A stretch of 64,000 nt of DNA from Camelus dromedarius (GCF_036321535.1 NC_087447.1:57908001-57972000); one strand, 5' to 3'; numbered from the stretch's first letter, positions 50,371 to 63,704 are shown. Notes: generated from the sequence alone by a model not told the origin. A program made the numbers and translations.

Positions 50371-52399
50371 ATGTTCTATTGACATGTATGTTTATCCTGT
50401 GTGATCATATTTTGAAACTGCCCTAAAGCACATATCAGTTCACTGTAGCTGAACTGCTCTCATGACATCACACACTAAAGTCCTCAAGGGCCACCCACAT
50501 CACCCGTTCAGGCTCCTGGGACATAACTCTGGCTCTAGCTTACCATCCCAAGCTCCTCTCCCCTAGAGAGAACAAAGAGATTATAAAAATAATTTCAAAA
50601 CTTACTTAGGTAGAAGACATAAGTGGGAAAAAAGAGATGTGATCTCTTTTTTTGCCAGAGTTCTGGTCACTGAAGATAAATTTGGCTGGAAGAAATGAAG
50701 AGGGTGGGCTGCAGAGCTGTATCTCTGGCCTAAAGAAAAAAAATTGCAACCCTTACAAATAAAGTGGGAAACAATCCCATTTTATAATATTGCAACATGC
50801 CAGTGGATGGTGGGTCAAAACATAATCCCCATGAGTTTGACACCATGCCTGCTTAAAAATGCTATAAACTTTTCCTCTCAAGAGAAGATTTTACTTCTTC
50901 TTTTTTTTTTTTTTTCCAAAATACCAGTTTAACTATTTCAAACTTGTCAGGAACAAAGTTTTTGGATAAGAAGTTACAGCAGGGCTTTTAAATTTCTCAA
51001 AAGTAGCTTTGTTGTCAGTAACGTTTCTGACTTACTAGAAGTTTAAGCTGGTTTACAAAGTCAGTCGGTTAATCACTAGCTCTTGTCTCTAAAAATCTCT
51101 GAGATTTAACATTAATATATTTAGTTGATTGCCTTATGGTCTATTTGCAGAGGTAGTGATTCTCAATGAAAATAGGTTTAAAAGTATAAAATGTTTAGCA
51201 ACAGTACATACCAAACAAGTTTTCTGTGTTTTTGCCAAAATCAGACAACATATTTGGCTTTTTCTACCATAGAAACTCTCCTACCTCTATTTCTGGATCA
51301 TTCAACATGGCAAGGCTAACAGAAAACTAAGGTCAAATGAGGAAACTCAGCAAATGGTTTTTATCTGTTTGACCACCAACTGGCAAAACCATAAGAAAAA
51401 CTACACAGGAGATAAATGATGGGGTAAAAGTACATTTTTGACCATGAGCCCAGGCTCTAGCAAAAGAAGCTGGTCTAAGATTTATAGAAAGTACTTTAGA
51501 ATCAAAAAACTGTTCCTTCATTTAACAATAAAAAAATCTCCTTGCTTTAAAAAACTTTGTGGTAGCTTTTTTGCTTCTTTCTCCAGCATCTGAACTCTAT
51601 TCAATAATTTTATCCCACATCACTATCTGTTGTTTTTCTAGGGAAGATCAAGTAACTAAAAAGTCTTTATCAGATGTGTAGATGACACCAATTGGCACTA
51701 AACAAATATCGTAACACTCATAGAAGAAACGGAGGTTCAAATGAGTGAGAACACGTAAATTATCTTAAACTGGCTAGGTTTGGGATGACTTATTAATGAG
51801 AAAAACTATCTTAAGCATAGGTACTTAGTATTTTTATTCACTGCTTCAGTTCCGTTCCTTAAGTTCTTAATATGCTATTAATGTAATAGCATTACTCATA
51901 AAATATATTATAATGTGTTTTTTTTAAAAAAAAATCCAATTCAAGAAGGCCAAACTGGTGACTTATTGAAGATAACAGAGGACCAAGAGAGGGCCTCACT
52001 TTTGTCTTCCCGGGACAATAGGAAGATTGATTGACTCAGATGTACTATGAAAATAAGTGCTCTCAGGACGTAAGAAACTGTCTTGAGGCAAGAATGAGAA
52101 AGGACGCAGGTGAAGAAAAGGGAAATTTACAGGCTGTAGGTGGGTGATATTTTTTCTCCTTGAACTAGGAGAGAGCTCCAAAAGTGGCAAGAAGAAAAGA
52201 CAAAATCTATACTGGTTTTCTTGAGGTTCAGGATGAAAACAAGTAAAACCAGAAAGGAAGCAGGCAGGATTAAGGACTTTTAGCGCTACAAGTTACCTTA
52301 TAACCATTTAGTCCAGGTGTTTGCAATTCTATTTGGAGTTAAATCCAAAATAACTCTTACCCAAAACAAAAGCAAGACAAAAGGAAAGCTGCCGTGGAC

Positions 52400-53060
52400 G
52401 AAGGGGCAGCGGGGCGGAGGCGGGCAGAGTCCCCGTCACGCGCACACACCCCTTTCCCGTCCTGCGGGTTGTGTGAAGCCACTGACCACTCCTAACGTCT
52501 TATTTTACCAGTGAAAGAAACAGAAGCAGAGACAACAGTGACCAGCTTATGGTCACAGCCCAGAGAACGGACGTCCCGTCTCCACACAACTCACCACTTC
52601 CCAGTTTGCCACTAGCGGGGGAAAGGTGGGCGAGGGCGTCTCGCGGAACCAGGCGGGGGAGTGGTGGAGAAACCCCGCGCCGGGGAGGGCCGGAGGCCCG
52701 GACGGCGGCTGCGTGGGCGGCGGCGCGGGCGCCCGGCCTGACCGTTCCCCCCACTGCCACGAGGTGGCGCGCCCGGCCCGTCGCTCGCCGCACCGTTGGG
52801 TCCTGGGAGGGGACGCCCTAGCGCGCCGGTCACCTTGGAAACGGAGGGCGCGGCGCCGACTGCAGAGTGAGTTGTGCTGGTCCGCTGGCCTGACGCGAGT
52901 GCTACTTCCCGGCCCACTGCTGTGTATCCGCACCTGGAAGCCGTCGAGGGGAGGTCAGGAGAGGGCTTGGCCTCCTTGCTCGGCCCCGCACGCCTTGTAG
53001 TCAGACACTTCACAGCTTTGCGAGCATCTCCGCCCCCCACCCCCCTACCCGCCCCTTCTC
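52400..53060 (+). promoter_or_regulatory. CCDC83: CpG island, probable CCDC83 promoter
   Basis: Dense CpG/GC-rich block about 7 kb upstream of the first coding exon. It contains a GC box GGGGCGGAGG (52411), a CTCF-like motif (52757-52770), an RFX X-box (52829-52842) and CRE half-sites. Confidence 0.8.
52600..52866 (+). other. CCDC83: Candidate non-coding exon 1 of CCDC83 (start unknown; donor CAGA|GTGAGT at 52866/52867)
   Basis: The exon at 59912 has a splice acceptor, so an upstream exon is required. The best consensus donor in the island is GTGAGT at 52867-52872. Weaker donors exist near 52626 and 52953. Confidence 0.45.
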
Positions 53061-53419
53061 AGGCCCTGAGTCTAGCTCCGCCACAAAATGGACTTGGGGT
53101 CCCACCCTTCTGGTGTCCAACACCAGGCGAAGTTCTGGGCAGTTAGGAGCCGCTGGCAGGGGTTCTCATAGGCCAAACCCTCCTTTTCACCCGGGAGACA
53201 CACTGGGAGGAAGAACTTTTCATCGATCAGAGTATGAACCCATCTCTCTCTCTGCCTTGCAGTAGAAGCCCTGGATACTTTGCTTATTTGCCTTTCTAGA
53301 TCTTCAGCTCCTGGAGCACAGGGTCTGATTTTGATTCAGGTTTGTAACCTTCGTGGTGCCCTCACAGTGTCTAGGACACAGTAGATGCTCAGTAATCTGC
53401 TAATGCCTTCCATTTGAAT

Positions 53420-53600
53420 GGGGCTTTATCACTTGACAATTTTCCCAAAGCGTTTGAGCCTCATTAACAGGAGATGGGAACGATGAAAGAGAAACTAAGG
53501 GTCAGAGAGGTTTAGAGGCCTGTCTGAGGTTAGAAAACTCACTAGTGGAGGAGCTAGGTCTGGACTCAAGTCTGCTTAGTGCTCTTCTCACTGAATTCCC
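53420..53600 (-). mobile_element. MIR SINE
   Basis: gaaactaagggtcagagaggtttagaggcctgtctgaggttagaaaactcactagtggaggagctagg. Confidence 0.65.
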
Positions 53601-56600
53601 AGTCTGGTGAATGCCTTGAGATCGCGGACTTCACATATCCTAGCATATTTCTCAGTACCAGCACAGAGGCCCTCCCACTGCAGGTACTTTTTAAGTGCTC
53701 AGTGTGGTGTTGACGGCCTTTCACCCTCACGCACCCAATACGTAGACTGGTTTTGGCTTTTTGCCCTGGCTGCTGGCAACCTCCTTCTAAACAGGACCCT
53801 TGGTTTCTTTCTTTTATTAATGTGTTAGAGTCTATAATAGTTTATTTGTTTCCTCACTCCCCTTCTTACCCCATAATTCTCTGCTGGGCAGAGAGAGTTG
53901 TGGAAGTGGTTGGAAGGTGGGCGAATATGTTCCATCTGAGAAAAAAAAAGAGATTTCAGTGAAGGCGAAGAAGGACAATAATAAGACTGGGTATTTATCA
54001 GTGTCTGTAGTAATTGCTCATGGATTTCCTTTCTGCCACCCCCAAGACCTAGCCCTGTTTGATCCTCTTTATTCACCACTGCTCTTTGAAGGAGAGAAGA
54101 TTTTCTGTTCTTCGCCACAATCAGACTGTAAAAGTAATGCCATTACTTCCATTGGCCTCACAATATTCTCTTTATGGTTATGTTTCTTTTCTTTTTTGAC
54201 GTTTATAAAATTGAAAGACAACAGGAGCTGGAAAAAAATGTAATCCTGGTTGCTAGAAAAGTTAATATGATATACTGCATTTCAAAAGATTTGTTATTAG
54301 CAACTCTGGATCAGAAGACAAATCCATTGTTAAGCTACGAATCCAATATAATTTGAGAACTGCTGTTCAAAAATGTGCCACTGACCAAACGATTTGCATT
54401 AGTGAAGAAAATACATGCTCACGTCATGCACATCATCAGTCGTGCAAGTGAAAGCTGAAAATGTCCTTCATCCAGATATTTTTAACATACCTTGATTTGT
54501 ATATATGGTTATTTAACATATCTCCAAACTGTATTTTACACTATAAAGCTGTTTAGGGCTATATATACATAATCTGTACAAAAGAGGTAGGTCTGAAATT
54601 TTGTAAAGTGAATTTTAGGTGACATTATCACTACTAAGAGGCTCTAAATGCATTCAGGGTTTTTTGGGTTTTTTTTTTTAACATGCTAGAGAGCATTTCT
54701 AAGACATTTTAAATTGTATTAAATTGTGTGTTCTCGTCAAAGTGGGAATTTGAATTTACAAGTTATTTTACTTTCCAAATTCAAGGTATATAAAACACTG
54801 TGAGCAAATAAATAGGACATGCATCATTTGTCAGTCAGTTATTCAAATCAGACATTTATTGAACCTCTAGGCTGTGCCCATGGGAAGTGCTCACCTATGT
54901 GCCAGCATCTGTGTTTGAATTCCCAAAGATGTGAGTTGCTGAAGTAGTTAGTTGCTAGTTAGTAGTTAAGGAGTTATATTTTATGGAAGATGAGTGCCTT
55001 GACAGTGAGCTGTGTGCCTTTTAAGTTAGGTTGCTCTTTAACAAAGGCTTTTGGAAGTACTGTATTATTATTTTTGCTTTGTTAGACTTACACAATTGTA
55101 CAGCTCGTTAATGGCAAAGCCAAGACTAGACTTCAAGATGTCCAGCACCCATACAGAGATCTTTTAACTAAATCATGCTCTTAAACCCTGATGGAATCTT
55201 ATTCAGAACTGTTGTCATTACTGATGTTATTAAATAAATAGCTTCCATTTTATTCTACATTTATATAAAACATTAGCTAACAAACGTGAGGATCCATTTC
55301 AAACGCCTAGAAAAGTATTGGGACAGAATTGCCACCCCTCCCAGCTTCCACAGAATTATAAAAGGAGTCATTAGGAGGCTTCTGGATATTCATGGCTCCG
55401 CAAAGTCATGAAGAAAGCCATTAGGAGCTCTCTAGGTATTGAGCCAGGATCTTGAGACTGGAGAGGAAGGGACACGCTCCTTGTTTTTTGGGTAATTTTG
55501 CAGAGTCAAATAAAGCATTATGGTATAACATTAAGGGGCTATTTTATGCCCCTTTTTACCAAATAGACTTCTTACTTTTCACTGAGAAGCATTTGGGGAA
55601 TATTTTTGGAAGCACTTTCTGACAGAAAACGATCACGGGATAGTCTCTGAAAAGGCTAGATCCCTGAGGCCTTCAAACCCAGCCTCCTCACCTGTCCTCA
55701 CTCCATGGTGTATGTTATTGATGCCCAAACAGAGCTGGGAGAGGAAAAGCAGACGGGCACACAATGTCATGCTGTGGGTGAAGGTCCCTGTAGCACTCAT
55801 CCCTTGCACGGTTTTCTCAAGTCTTTTAAAGTTGCTCGGTTTTTTTTCAACTTCTGTTGGAGTATGCTTCTTTCTTCCTGTCAGTCCAAGTAGAGACCTC
55901 ACCTCTTCTATATTTTATAACCGAGGGCCAGGTAAATTGCCACACACAGGACAAGCACTGAGTAGGTATTTGCACTTACTGACAAAACAGATTAGGTGTC
56001 CATTTGTCAGGAATCATTCTAAGTGAAATCTTCCTGGAAGATAATTACTTTGTGAAAAATTTTCTAGAATTCTCACCTTTTACTGAGATAGAAGTCCTCT
56101 TGGTGGTCAGGAAATGTAAGTCCTTGTGAACGTTTATTAAAATCTCCATTGTTTGTAGGACATTATCTAGTGTAAAAGTACCTTTGGAGGTAATGTCATT
56201 AGCTTATTGCAAAAAGGCAACTATTAAGCAGGCAATCCAGCCGGCTTACTCATTTTCTGTAAAGTGTGTGAAACAAAGAATCTTAAGATAGTTTATGCAT
56301 AAATCATTTGTGTTTAATGGATCCACTTTGTCACTCATATTTTATTAAAATCCTTTGCCGTGAGCTGCCATTAGGTAACTAATTACACATTGGTCAGAGA
56401 ATTGAAAACACAAGAGCCAGGTAACTGAAGATGAGGTCATTTTTCTTCCAGCACCAGATGGGTACCACAGGTGGGAACCATAACACTAGATTGCTTCCAT
56501 ATGACTCAGAAAATTGGAGATTAATGTTATTTGTTTTAGCTTTTAAATAAAATATTTTTTAAATTGTTGTTAAATACTGTTATTGTAAAATGAATCACTT

Positions 56601-57414
56601 GACAGCATGCTATCTTTTTGTGCAACAGTCAAGTTAAAAACTCTAATTCTAAAATTGAAAATAATATGAAAATTCAACTCTGCATCTAAAATAAAAGAAA
56701 GCAATTTTTTTCCTAGCTGGTAAGTTTCTGTGAACTGTGACGGTACAATGAAACATTTTGGTATGTAGCATATGGAATTATTCTCAATACTTTCATATCT
56801 CAGAAGATATCACTTAATATATTACCCTGTCTTAATGCATTAAATCTTTTTGATGTGTCACTTGTGTGATTTTTTAGTTAAAAAGTGTAATAGTATATTT
56901 GTGTTCACATATACTTGAATTTCTTAGAATATAGAGATGAGCACACTTGGCTAGAAAAAAATCTCAAACGCAAAAGACAACCTCGATGGAGGTCTGGGCA
57001 TGCAAGCGGAATGCCTACAGGGAAGAAGTGTGTTCTCAGAGGGTTTCCCCACTGTGGATCTGAATGATCTACATAGAGTGTCCATTCAGTAATGCAAATC
57101 AGTGATGAAGATTGACAATAGAGAATCACATGGATCAGTCTTTCCACATGTCATAAATTTGGCAGCAGGCAGACATCCTCTGCTTTAGTTGCCTGAAAAT
57201 TAAAGCAGCAGCATCTTAAACTATAACTTACTGGCAAAATACTTATTAAGCTCCTCCTATACATTAGACACTATGCTAGGTGTTTTAAATACTAGTTTAT
57301 TTAATCCTCACAACAGCTTTTAGAATAAGATTTTTGTTCTGACTTTATATATGATGTAACTGAAGCTCAAAAAAATGAAGTAACCTTACTCGTTTGAAAA
57401 GGATTTTGTCTGTC

Positions 57415-58953
57415 TTTTTTTAAACTGAAGTATAGTTGATTTACAACATTGTGTTAATTTCTAGTATATAGTAGTGATTCAGTTTATACTTACCTATACA
57501 CATATATACATATCTATATGCACATATTCTTTTTCATAGTCTTTTCCATTATGGTTTATTACAGGATATTGAATATAGTTCTCCTATCCTATACAGTAGG
57601 ACCTTGTTATTTATCTATTTTATATATAGTAGTTTGTATGTGCTAATCCCAAACTCCTAATTTACCCCTCCCCTACTCCCTTTCCCCTTTGGTAACCATA
57701 AGTTTTCTATGTTTGTGAGTCTGTTTCTGCTTCATAAATAAATTCATTTGTGTAATATTTTAGATTCCACTTATAAGTGATATCATATGGTATTTGTCTT
57801 TCTCTGTCTGACTTAGTTCACNNNNNNNNNNNNNNNNNNNNNNNNNNNNNNNNNNNNNNNNNNNNNNNNNNNNNNNNNNNNNNNNNNNNNNNNNNNNNNN
57901 NNNNNNNNNNNNNNNNNNNNNNNNNNNNNNNNNNNNNNNNNNNNNNNNNNNNNNNNNNNNNNNNNNNNNNNNNNNNNNNNNNNNNAGGGCTGCTGTGAAC
58001 ACTGGAGTGCATGTATCTTTTTGAATTAGAGTTTTCTCTGAATATATCCTCAGAGTGGGATTGCTGAATCATATGTCAAGTCTAGTTTTTTTTTTAAGGA
58101 ACCACCATATACTGTTTTCTATAGTGGCTGTATCAATTTACATTCCCACCAACAATGTAGGAGGGTTTCCTTTTCTCCATACCCTCTCCAGCATNNNNNN
58201 NNNNNNNNNNNNNNNNNNNNNNNNNNNNNNNNNNNNNNNNNNNNNNNNNNNNNNNNNNNNNNNNNNNNNNNNNNNNNNNNNNNNNNNNNNNNNNNNNNNN
58301 NNNNNNNNNNNNNNNNNNNNNNNNNNNNNNNNNNNNNNNNNNNNNNNNNNNNNNNNNNNNNNNNNNNNNNNNNNNNNNNNNNNNNNNNNNNNNNNNNNNN
58401 NNNNNNNNNNNTGAACTGTTCGTATATTTTGGAAATTAAGCCCTTGTCAGTTGCATCATTTACAAATATTTTCTCCCAGTCTGGAGCTTGTCTTTTCATT
58501 TTGTTTATAGTTTCATTTTCTGTGCAAAAGCTTCTAAGTTTGATTAGGTCCCATTTGTTTCTTTTTGCTTTTATTTCTATTGCCCTGGGAGACTGACCTA
58601 AGAAAACATTGCTACAACTTACGTCAGAGAATGTTTTGCCTATGTTCTCTTCTAGGAGTTTTATGATGTCATGTCTCATATTTAAGTCTTTAAGCCATTG
58701 TGAGTTTATTTTTATGTATGGTGTGAGGGAGTGTTCTAACTTCATTGACTTACCTGCAGCTGTCCAGCTTTCCCAACACCACTTGCTGAAGAGACTGTCT
58801 TTTCTTCATTATATGTTCTTGCCTCCCTTTTGCCAAGATTAATTGACCATAGGTGTGTGGGTTTATTTCTGGGCTCTCTATTCTGCTCCGTTGATCCATA
58901 TGTCTGCTTTTATGCCAATACTACGTTGTTTTGATTATTGTTGCTTTGTAGCA
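57415..58953 (-). mobile_element. 5'-truncated cetartiodactyl-type L1 (ORF2 C-terminus plus 3' UTR) with two N-runs
   Basis: ORF 58119-58745(-) reads [22 protein letters not shown]...[20 protein letters not shown], the L1 ORF2 C-terminal/CCHC region. Poly-T tail at 57415. Confidence 0.93.
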
Positions 58954-59927
58954 TTTCATTTGTCAAGGGTTGCATCTACTGTGCTAGGTGGGGAAATACA
59001 GTAATGCACAAGAATTACATCATCCCCACTCTCATGGAGCTGCCAGCCATTTTAACAAATAATTACAGAGGTTATGTTCTTTCTACCACACTCAACTACT
59101 AATACATTAATTCAAGGTTAGGCACTTATTTTCTTGAGATTAATAAAAATTAAAAGATAAAAATCTGTTCAGGAAGATGATGATCTCAAAAGATGTGCAT
59201 TAGTACCCACACCAAATCTATGAAATTTTTCTTCTTACTATAAAAAAATCTAAGAACAGTGGGCCTGATTTTCCCTTTTAAAAATATTATTTTTGATAAT
59301 CTTTATTATTAGTTGGAAAAGCAATTAATAGCTGATGAACACTTACTGTTAATCATAATAATTATCATTATTATTTTGCATTTGTAAACCTCTTAGCCAT
59401 TTAAAAACCCTTTAATACATGCTTTTATTTGCTCTTTATAACCCTGTTCAAACCTAATTCTTTTGGATCCTAGTTTTTTGGTGTTCATAGAAAATTATGC
59501 TTTTGTTTTGTCTTAATTTTTTTAAAAAGGTATTTATTGAAGTGCTGTTGTTTGCAGCGCACTCTTCCAAACACTGTGGAGACATAAAATGATTGAAAAA
59601 GTTTAGTCCTTGCTCTTAAAGATGCTTGATAGGAGCAACAGTCATCGATGGATAACACAAAGGACCGAGTCTCAGAAGGTTTTGGGTGGGGACTGCTGTA
59701 CCTGGGCTAAGCATGGAACTCACCAGACTCAGGAATCCAGTTGATTCATGGTGTCCCAGCATTGTGGTGGACGTTAGGTCTGGGGACATGGAAGCAATCT
59801 GATGGAAGAGCCAGTTTTAAATTAAGTCCCAGCAGTGCTTTATCTAGTAAACACAAGTAAGGAAGCAAAGACAGAATTTATTTACTTTTCCTATGTCTCT
59901 TTCTTAAACAGGTATATTTCTTACTAG

Positions 59928-60035
<108 letters not shown>

Positions 60036-60699
60036 TAAGCTTAGACTGAAATCCAAGCCCCCATGCATAAGTGGCAGCCATTTCTAAGGCTCACGTAACT
60101 CCAGTGGAAACTGAAGCGCTCAAAAGCTGTCAAGGAAGCTGGACTGGAGGTGGATTGGCGGCATAATTGCACTTTGGTGCTACAGGCATTTTTTTTAAGT
60201 TTTTTGAACTTTGTCTATAACATAGGCCAAACAGTAGCTATGAAAGAACACTCACCACTGTGGTTTTGGCTCCCTCCCTCCCTCTATTGTACTGTTGGCA
60301 CTCTTCCACACATACACACAGCTTGGTGGCTTACCTCTTAAAATACAGTGTGGAATAGTTAGTGTACATTTATAAAAGAGTAAAAGAGGGCATTTCTTTA
60401 TTTAACCTTTTGTTTCTAGACATTCCAATTTGCATTATCCCCAAATGCCTGCAGCCGATCACATCCAAATGATTTAGATGTAATTAATTTTTGTGAGAAT
60501 ATTTCTTAATGTCTCTGTCCCAGGAGCTGGAGACAAAACTAGAGGTGATACCTATTCAGTGTTTATGTTTTACCCAACTAACGGAGGGCAAGCCCCTTGA
60601 GAACTTGTGAACCTCAACTTTGGGCACAGAGTAGGTGTTTTAATGTGTAACACTTAGGGAGTGAATGTATACGTGTCAGTCTTTTTCAAATAAGAATGC

Positions 60700-61270
60700 A
60701 ATTTATCCATGCATATTGAACAAGTTTTTGAATGTTTGCCAAACACAAGGCAAGTGCTGGGTACTGGAGGACAGGACCACATGGTCCCTGCCCTAACAAA
60801 GCATGGGAGGTGGACATTAAACACCTAGTCCAATCTTGATTTAAAATTATGTAGCTCTAAATAAGGTGCTATGATACAGAAGTGCAGGGTGCTGTGTAAT
60901 GGTATGACTGAAGGACTTGATACAGTCAGAGGGATCAGGAAAAGCTTGTTTGAGGAAGCCACGTTTGAGCTGATCTCTGAAAGGTGTTACGAAGATACAG
61001 AGTGATGGACAGAAAGGCTTATGGAAAAGAGGTGAGGTGAGCAAGAGCTTATCACAGTCTAGGAACTGAGAGGAGGCAGACTCGGGGGAGAGGGAAGGAG
61101 CAGACACTGGTGGTTCAGGCAAGGGTCAGATAAGCAGACTCCTGTGGAGCACGTGGGACTTGGGAATGTAAAGCCATTTATTGGAGGGGGACAAGGTGGA
61201 AAGTGGGGAGCCTGCAGTGCCGGTGACTAGGTCTTTGTTTAAGGGAACTGTTTTTAACAACATTTAGGGA
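60700..61270 (-). mobile_element. L2 fragment
   Basis: catggtccctgccctaac...tgaggaagccacgtttgagctgatctctgaaagg...gtaaagccatt. Confidence 0.75.
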
Positions 61271-62081
61271 AAATCCATCCCCTTCCCTAGAGACTCCAAA
61301 TCTATTCATATGTTGTTTTTAGAAGATAGTGAGTGAAAGGGTCAGAACACTGAGAGAAACACCGAACTTTAACTAAGTTCCCTTTTATTTCCTACTTGAG
61401 ATAAAAACGTTAAGTAATAAACAGATATTACCCGCATTCATTTCTCAACATAACTGAAGACTTCCCTCATCTTGTCTTAGGAGAGTTGGACAGAAGGTCC
61501 CGCTCTGGAACTGCAGTCTGGTCTCTAATTTGCTCCCACGGTTCACAGTGATAACAACCAATTACAACTCCTCCTCTCTCTTCTGGGTCAACCAGAGGCC
61601 AGTCTTTTTCCTCTATAACAGAGGTTTACAAGAGGCAAGCATTTTAAAATTCTCACAATCCAGTGCAAGATATATACTGAACATCCCATGCTTTTGTCCT
61701 CTTGCCTTTGTTAAAGCAGAATAAATCATCTCATGGACTGCAACAGCCTAAACCTTACTGTACCATGCTCTTCTGGTGACAGTTTACTCATTCCGTGTGT
61801 TCCCAGGTGACAGGACTTTTGTCACATGACAAATAGGCAAGACACCCCCCTCACCACCTGAGGAAGGACTGTCCAAGGCCTCTGGCAGTGTCTTATATTT
61901 CTCTTACACAGTCTCAGCTCCTAGCAAAGAGCTGAAGGCACAGAGTAAGTAATCAATGGTTTCTGAACAATTGGCCTTTTTTTGAATCTATGTCTAGAAA
62001 ACAAGGTCATGAACCTCTGTGGTGGTTTGTGAAGAGCTGAGACTGCCAGTGTTGAACCTATAAAGTGATCATCTCTGAGCA

Positions 62082-62189
62082 CAGCAGCCCCCCAGCCTCT
62101 TATCCTTGGGGAATACGTTCCAAGACTCCCAGTGGATGCCTGGAATCACGGATAACACTGAACCATTTATATACTATGTTTTTTCCCTA
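62082..62189 (+). mobile_element. MER44/Tigger7-type terminal fragment
   Basis: cttatccttggggaatacgttccaagactcccagtggatgcctggaatcacggata...tatatactatgttttttcc. Confidence 0.8.
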
Positions 62190-62814
62190 GGCAGATAAAA
62201 GTATAGATTCTTTTTTGGAATCCAGTTTATTTGTTCCCACAGTGGCTAATGGTGTGGAGTTCTGAGATTCAGCTTCATCTGCTTCTTGGTAAATTCATCT
62301 CTTCCTGAGGCGTGAGGAGGCAGAAGTGAATTCCAAGGAGAAGCTAGGCTAAGTCACACCTGCAGCTGCCACGTGCTCCAGAAGGGGGCCTGATGCAGCC
62401 TCCAAAACCTTTAAAAAGGGCATCTCAGAATCCACCCCACTCCCAGCAGCACATTAGATCTGTGTTGTATGAATGATGCATGAAAGGGAACTCTGATCAG
62501 TTTAAACTGCAGAATTTTGGAACCAAAAGGAACCATATAGGTATCTCCTTTAATTCTCTTACATATAGAAGCGTAAACCAAGGCCTAAATGGTTGAGTCC
62601 TTAGGTAGTGGAGACCAGGTCTAAAACCCAAGTTTCACCGTGTCCACACAGAGCTTTTTGCCACTAAAAGATTTGCTCGTTTTGTTTTTATGTTGCGTTT
62701 TTCTCTTCATTTGGAAAGAAGGAGCTTCATTTTTATCCCTACTAGGTTTCCAATATCACAAATGTAAATGATATTCTGAGGAAAGGGCTGAAAACGTAAG
62801 ATTCAAATTCAGCT

Positions 62815-62995
62815 GAAATTTACTAAGCATTTACTTCATGCTAGAAATTTCTTATTTTAGTCCTTACAAAAATACATAGATCTGGGTATTGTTATAGCTT
62901 GGAAATTGAGGCTTAGAGAATTGGCTTGCCTGAGGTCACGTAAGTAAGAAATGACAGGACAAGACTGAAAACCAGTTTCTCATTCTTTAACCACT
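62815..62995 (-). mobile_element. MIR SINE
   Basis: ggaaattgaggcttagagaattggcttgcctgaggtcacgtaagtaagaaatgacaggacaagactgaaa. Confidence 0.7.
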
Positions 62996-63704
62996 CCTCT
63001 ATTTACCATACCACAGAGGTGCTATGTTATTGTTTTGTTTTGTTTTGTTTTGTTTAATTGAGGCAAGGGAGTTACATGGAGCTATTTCTGTTCCTTTATA
63101 TTGGTGTCAGATTTAAAGTTTTAAGATTCAGTAGGTAATAGGGATACATTTAACACTTCAAATAGCTATCAAATCAAAGTCTTTCTGTACTTTTCCACCT
63201 TTCTCTCATACCTAGCAGATGCTCAACAAATATCTGTTGGGTGTTAAAAGTGTATTTTTGTCAAGAAAGGAGTTTTTACTACTTATTGAAGAGATGATAC
63301 ACTATGAACTTAAGCTAATAGGTCAGCCTTGTTTAGTTTACTGTTTCAAGATGCTCTTGCCCCTGTAAAGTCTTTGTTTTATCATTTTCCCATTTTTAGA
63401 ATCCTAGAAAGCATGTTTTTTGTATGCCTGTTCTTAGGTTCTCTTTAAGCTGAATTATTAATAGATAATTAGAAAGTATAAAAATTATGACTATGAAATA
63501 CAAATGGGGATTGATTAAAAAAACTTGAAGTTGTCTCTCTAATACATATTTTAGTGAGTAAAATAGACTTAGAAACACAAAATCACTTAAGAAAGGTTCT
63601 TATCCCTAAACGAGTTTTTAATAGTTTAATGCCTTCAATGCAAATAATTTAGTTTAATTTTAAAATCTTATCTCATTAATTTTTCCTAAAGTAAATAATT
63701 GTAA

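Noticed and set aside
52500-53146. Overlapping 90-142 aa ORFs in the second CpG island
   Set aside because: Same GC-composition artefact. The CCDC83 start codon is at 59940.
61821-61830. GTCACATGAC (MiT/TFE/USF-type motif) in CCDC83 intron 2
   Set aside because: Single isolated motif next to L2-derived sequence, with no supporting cluster.
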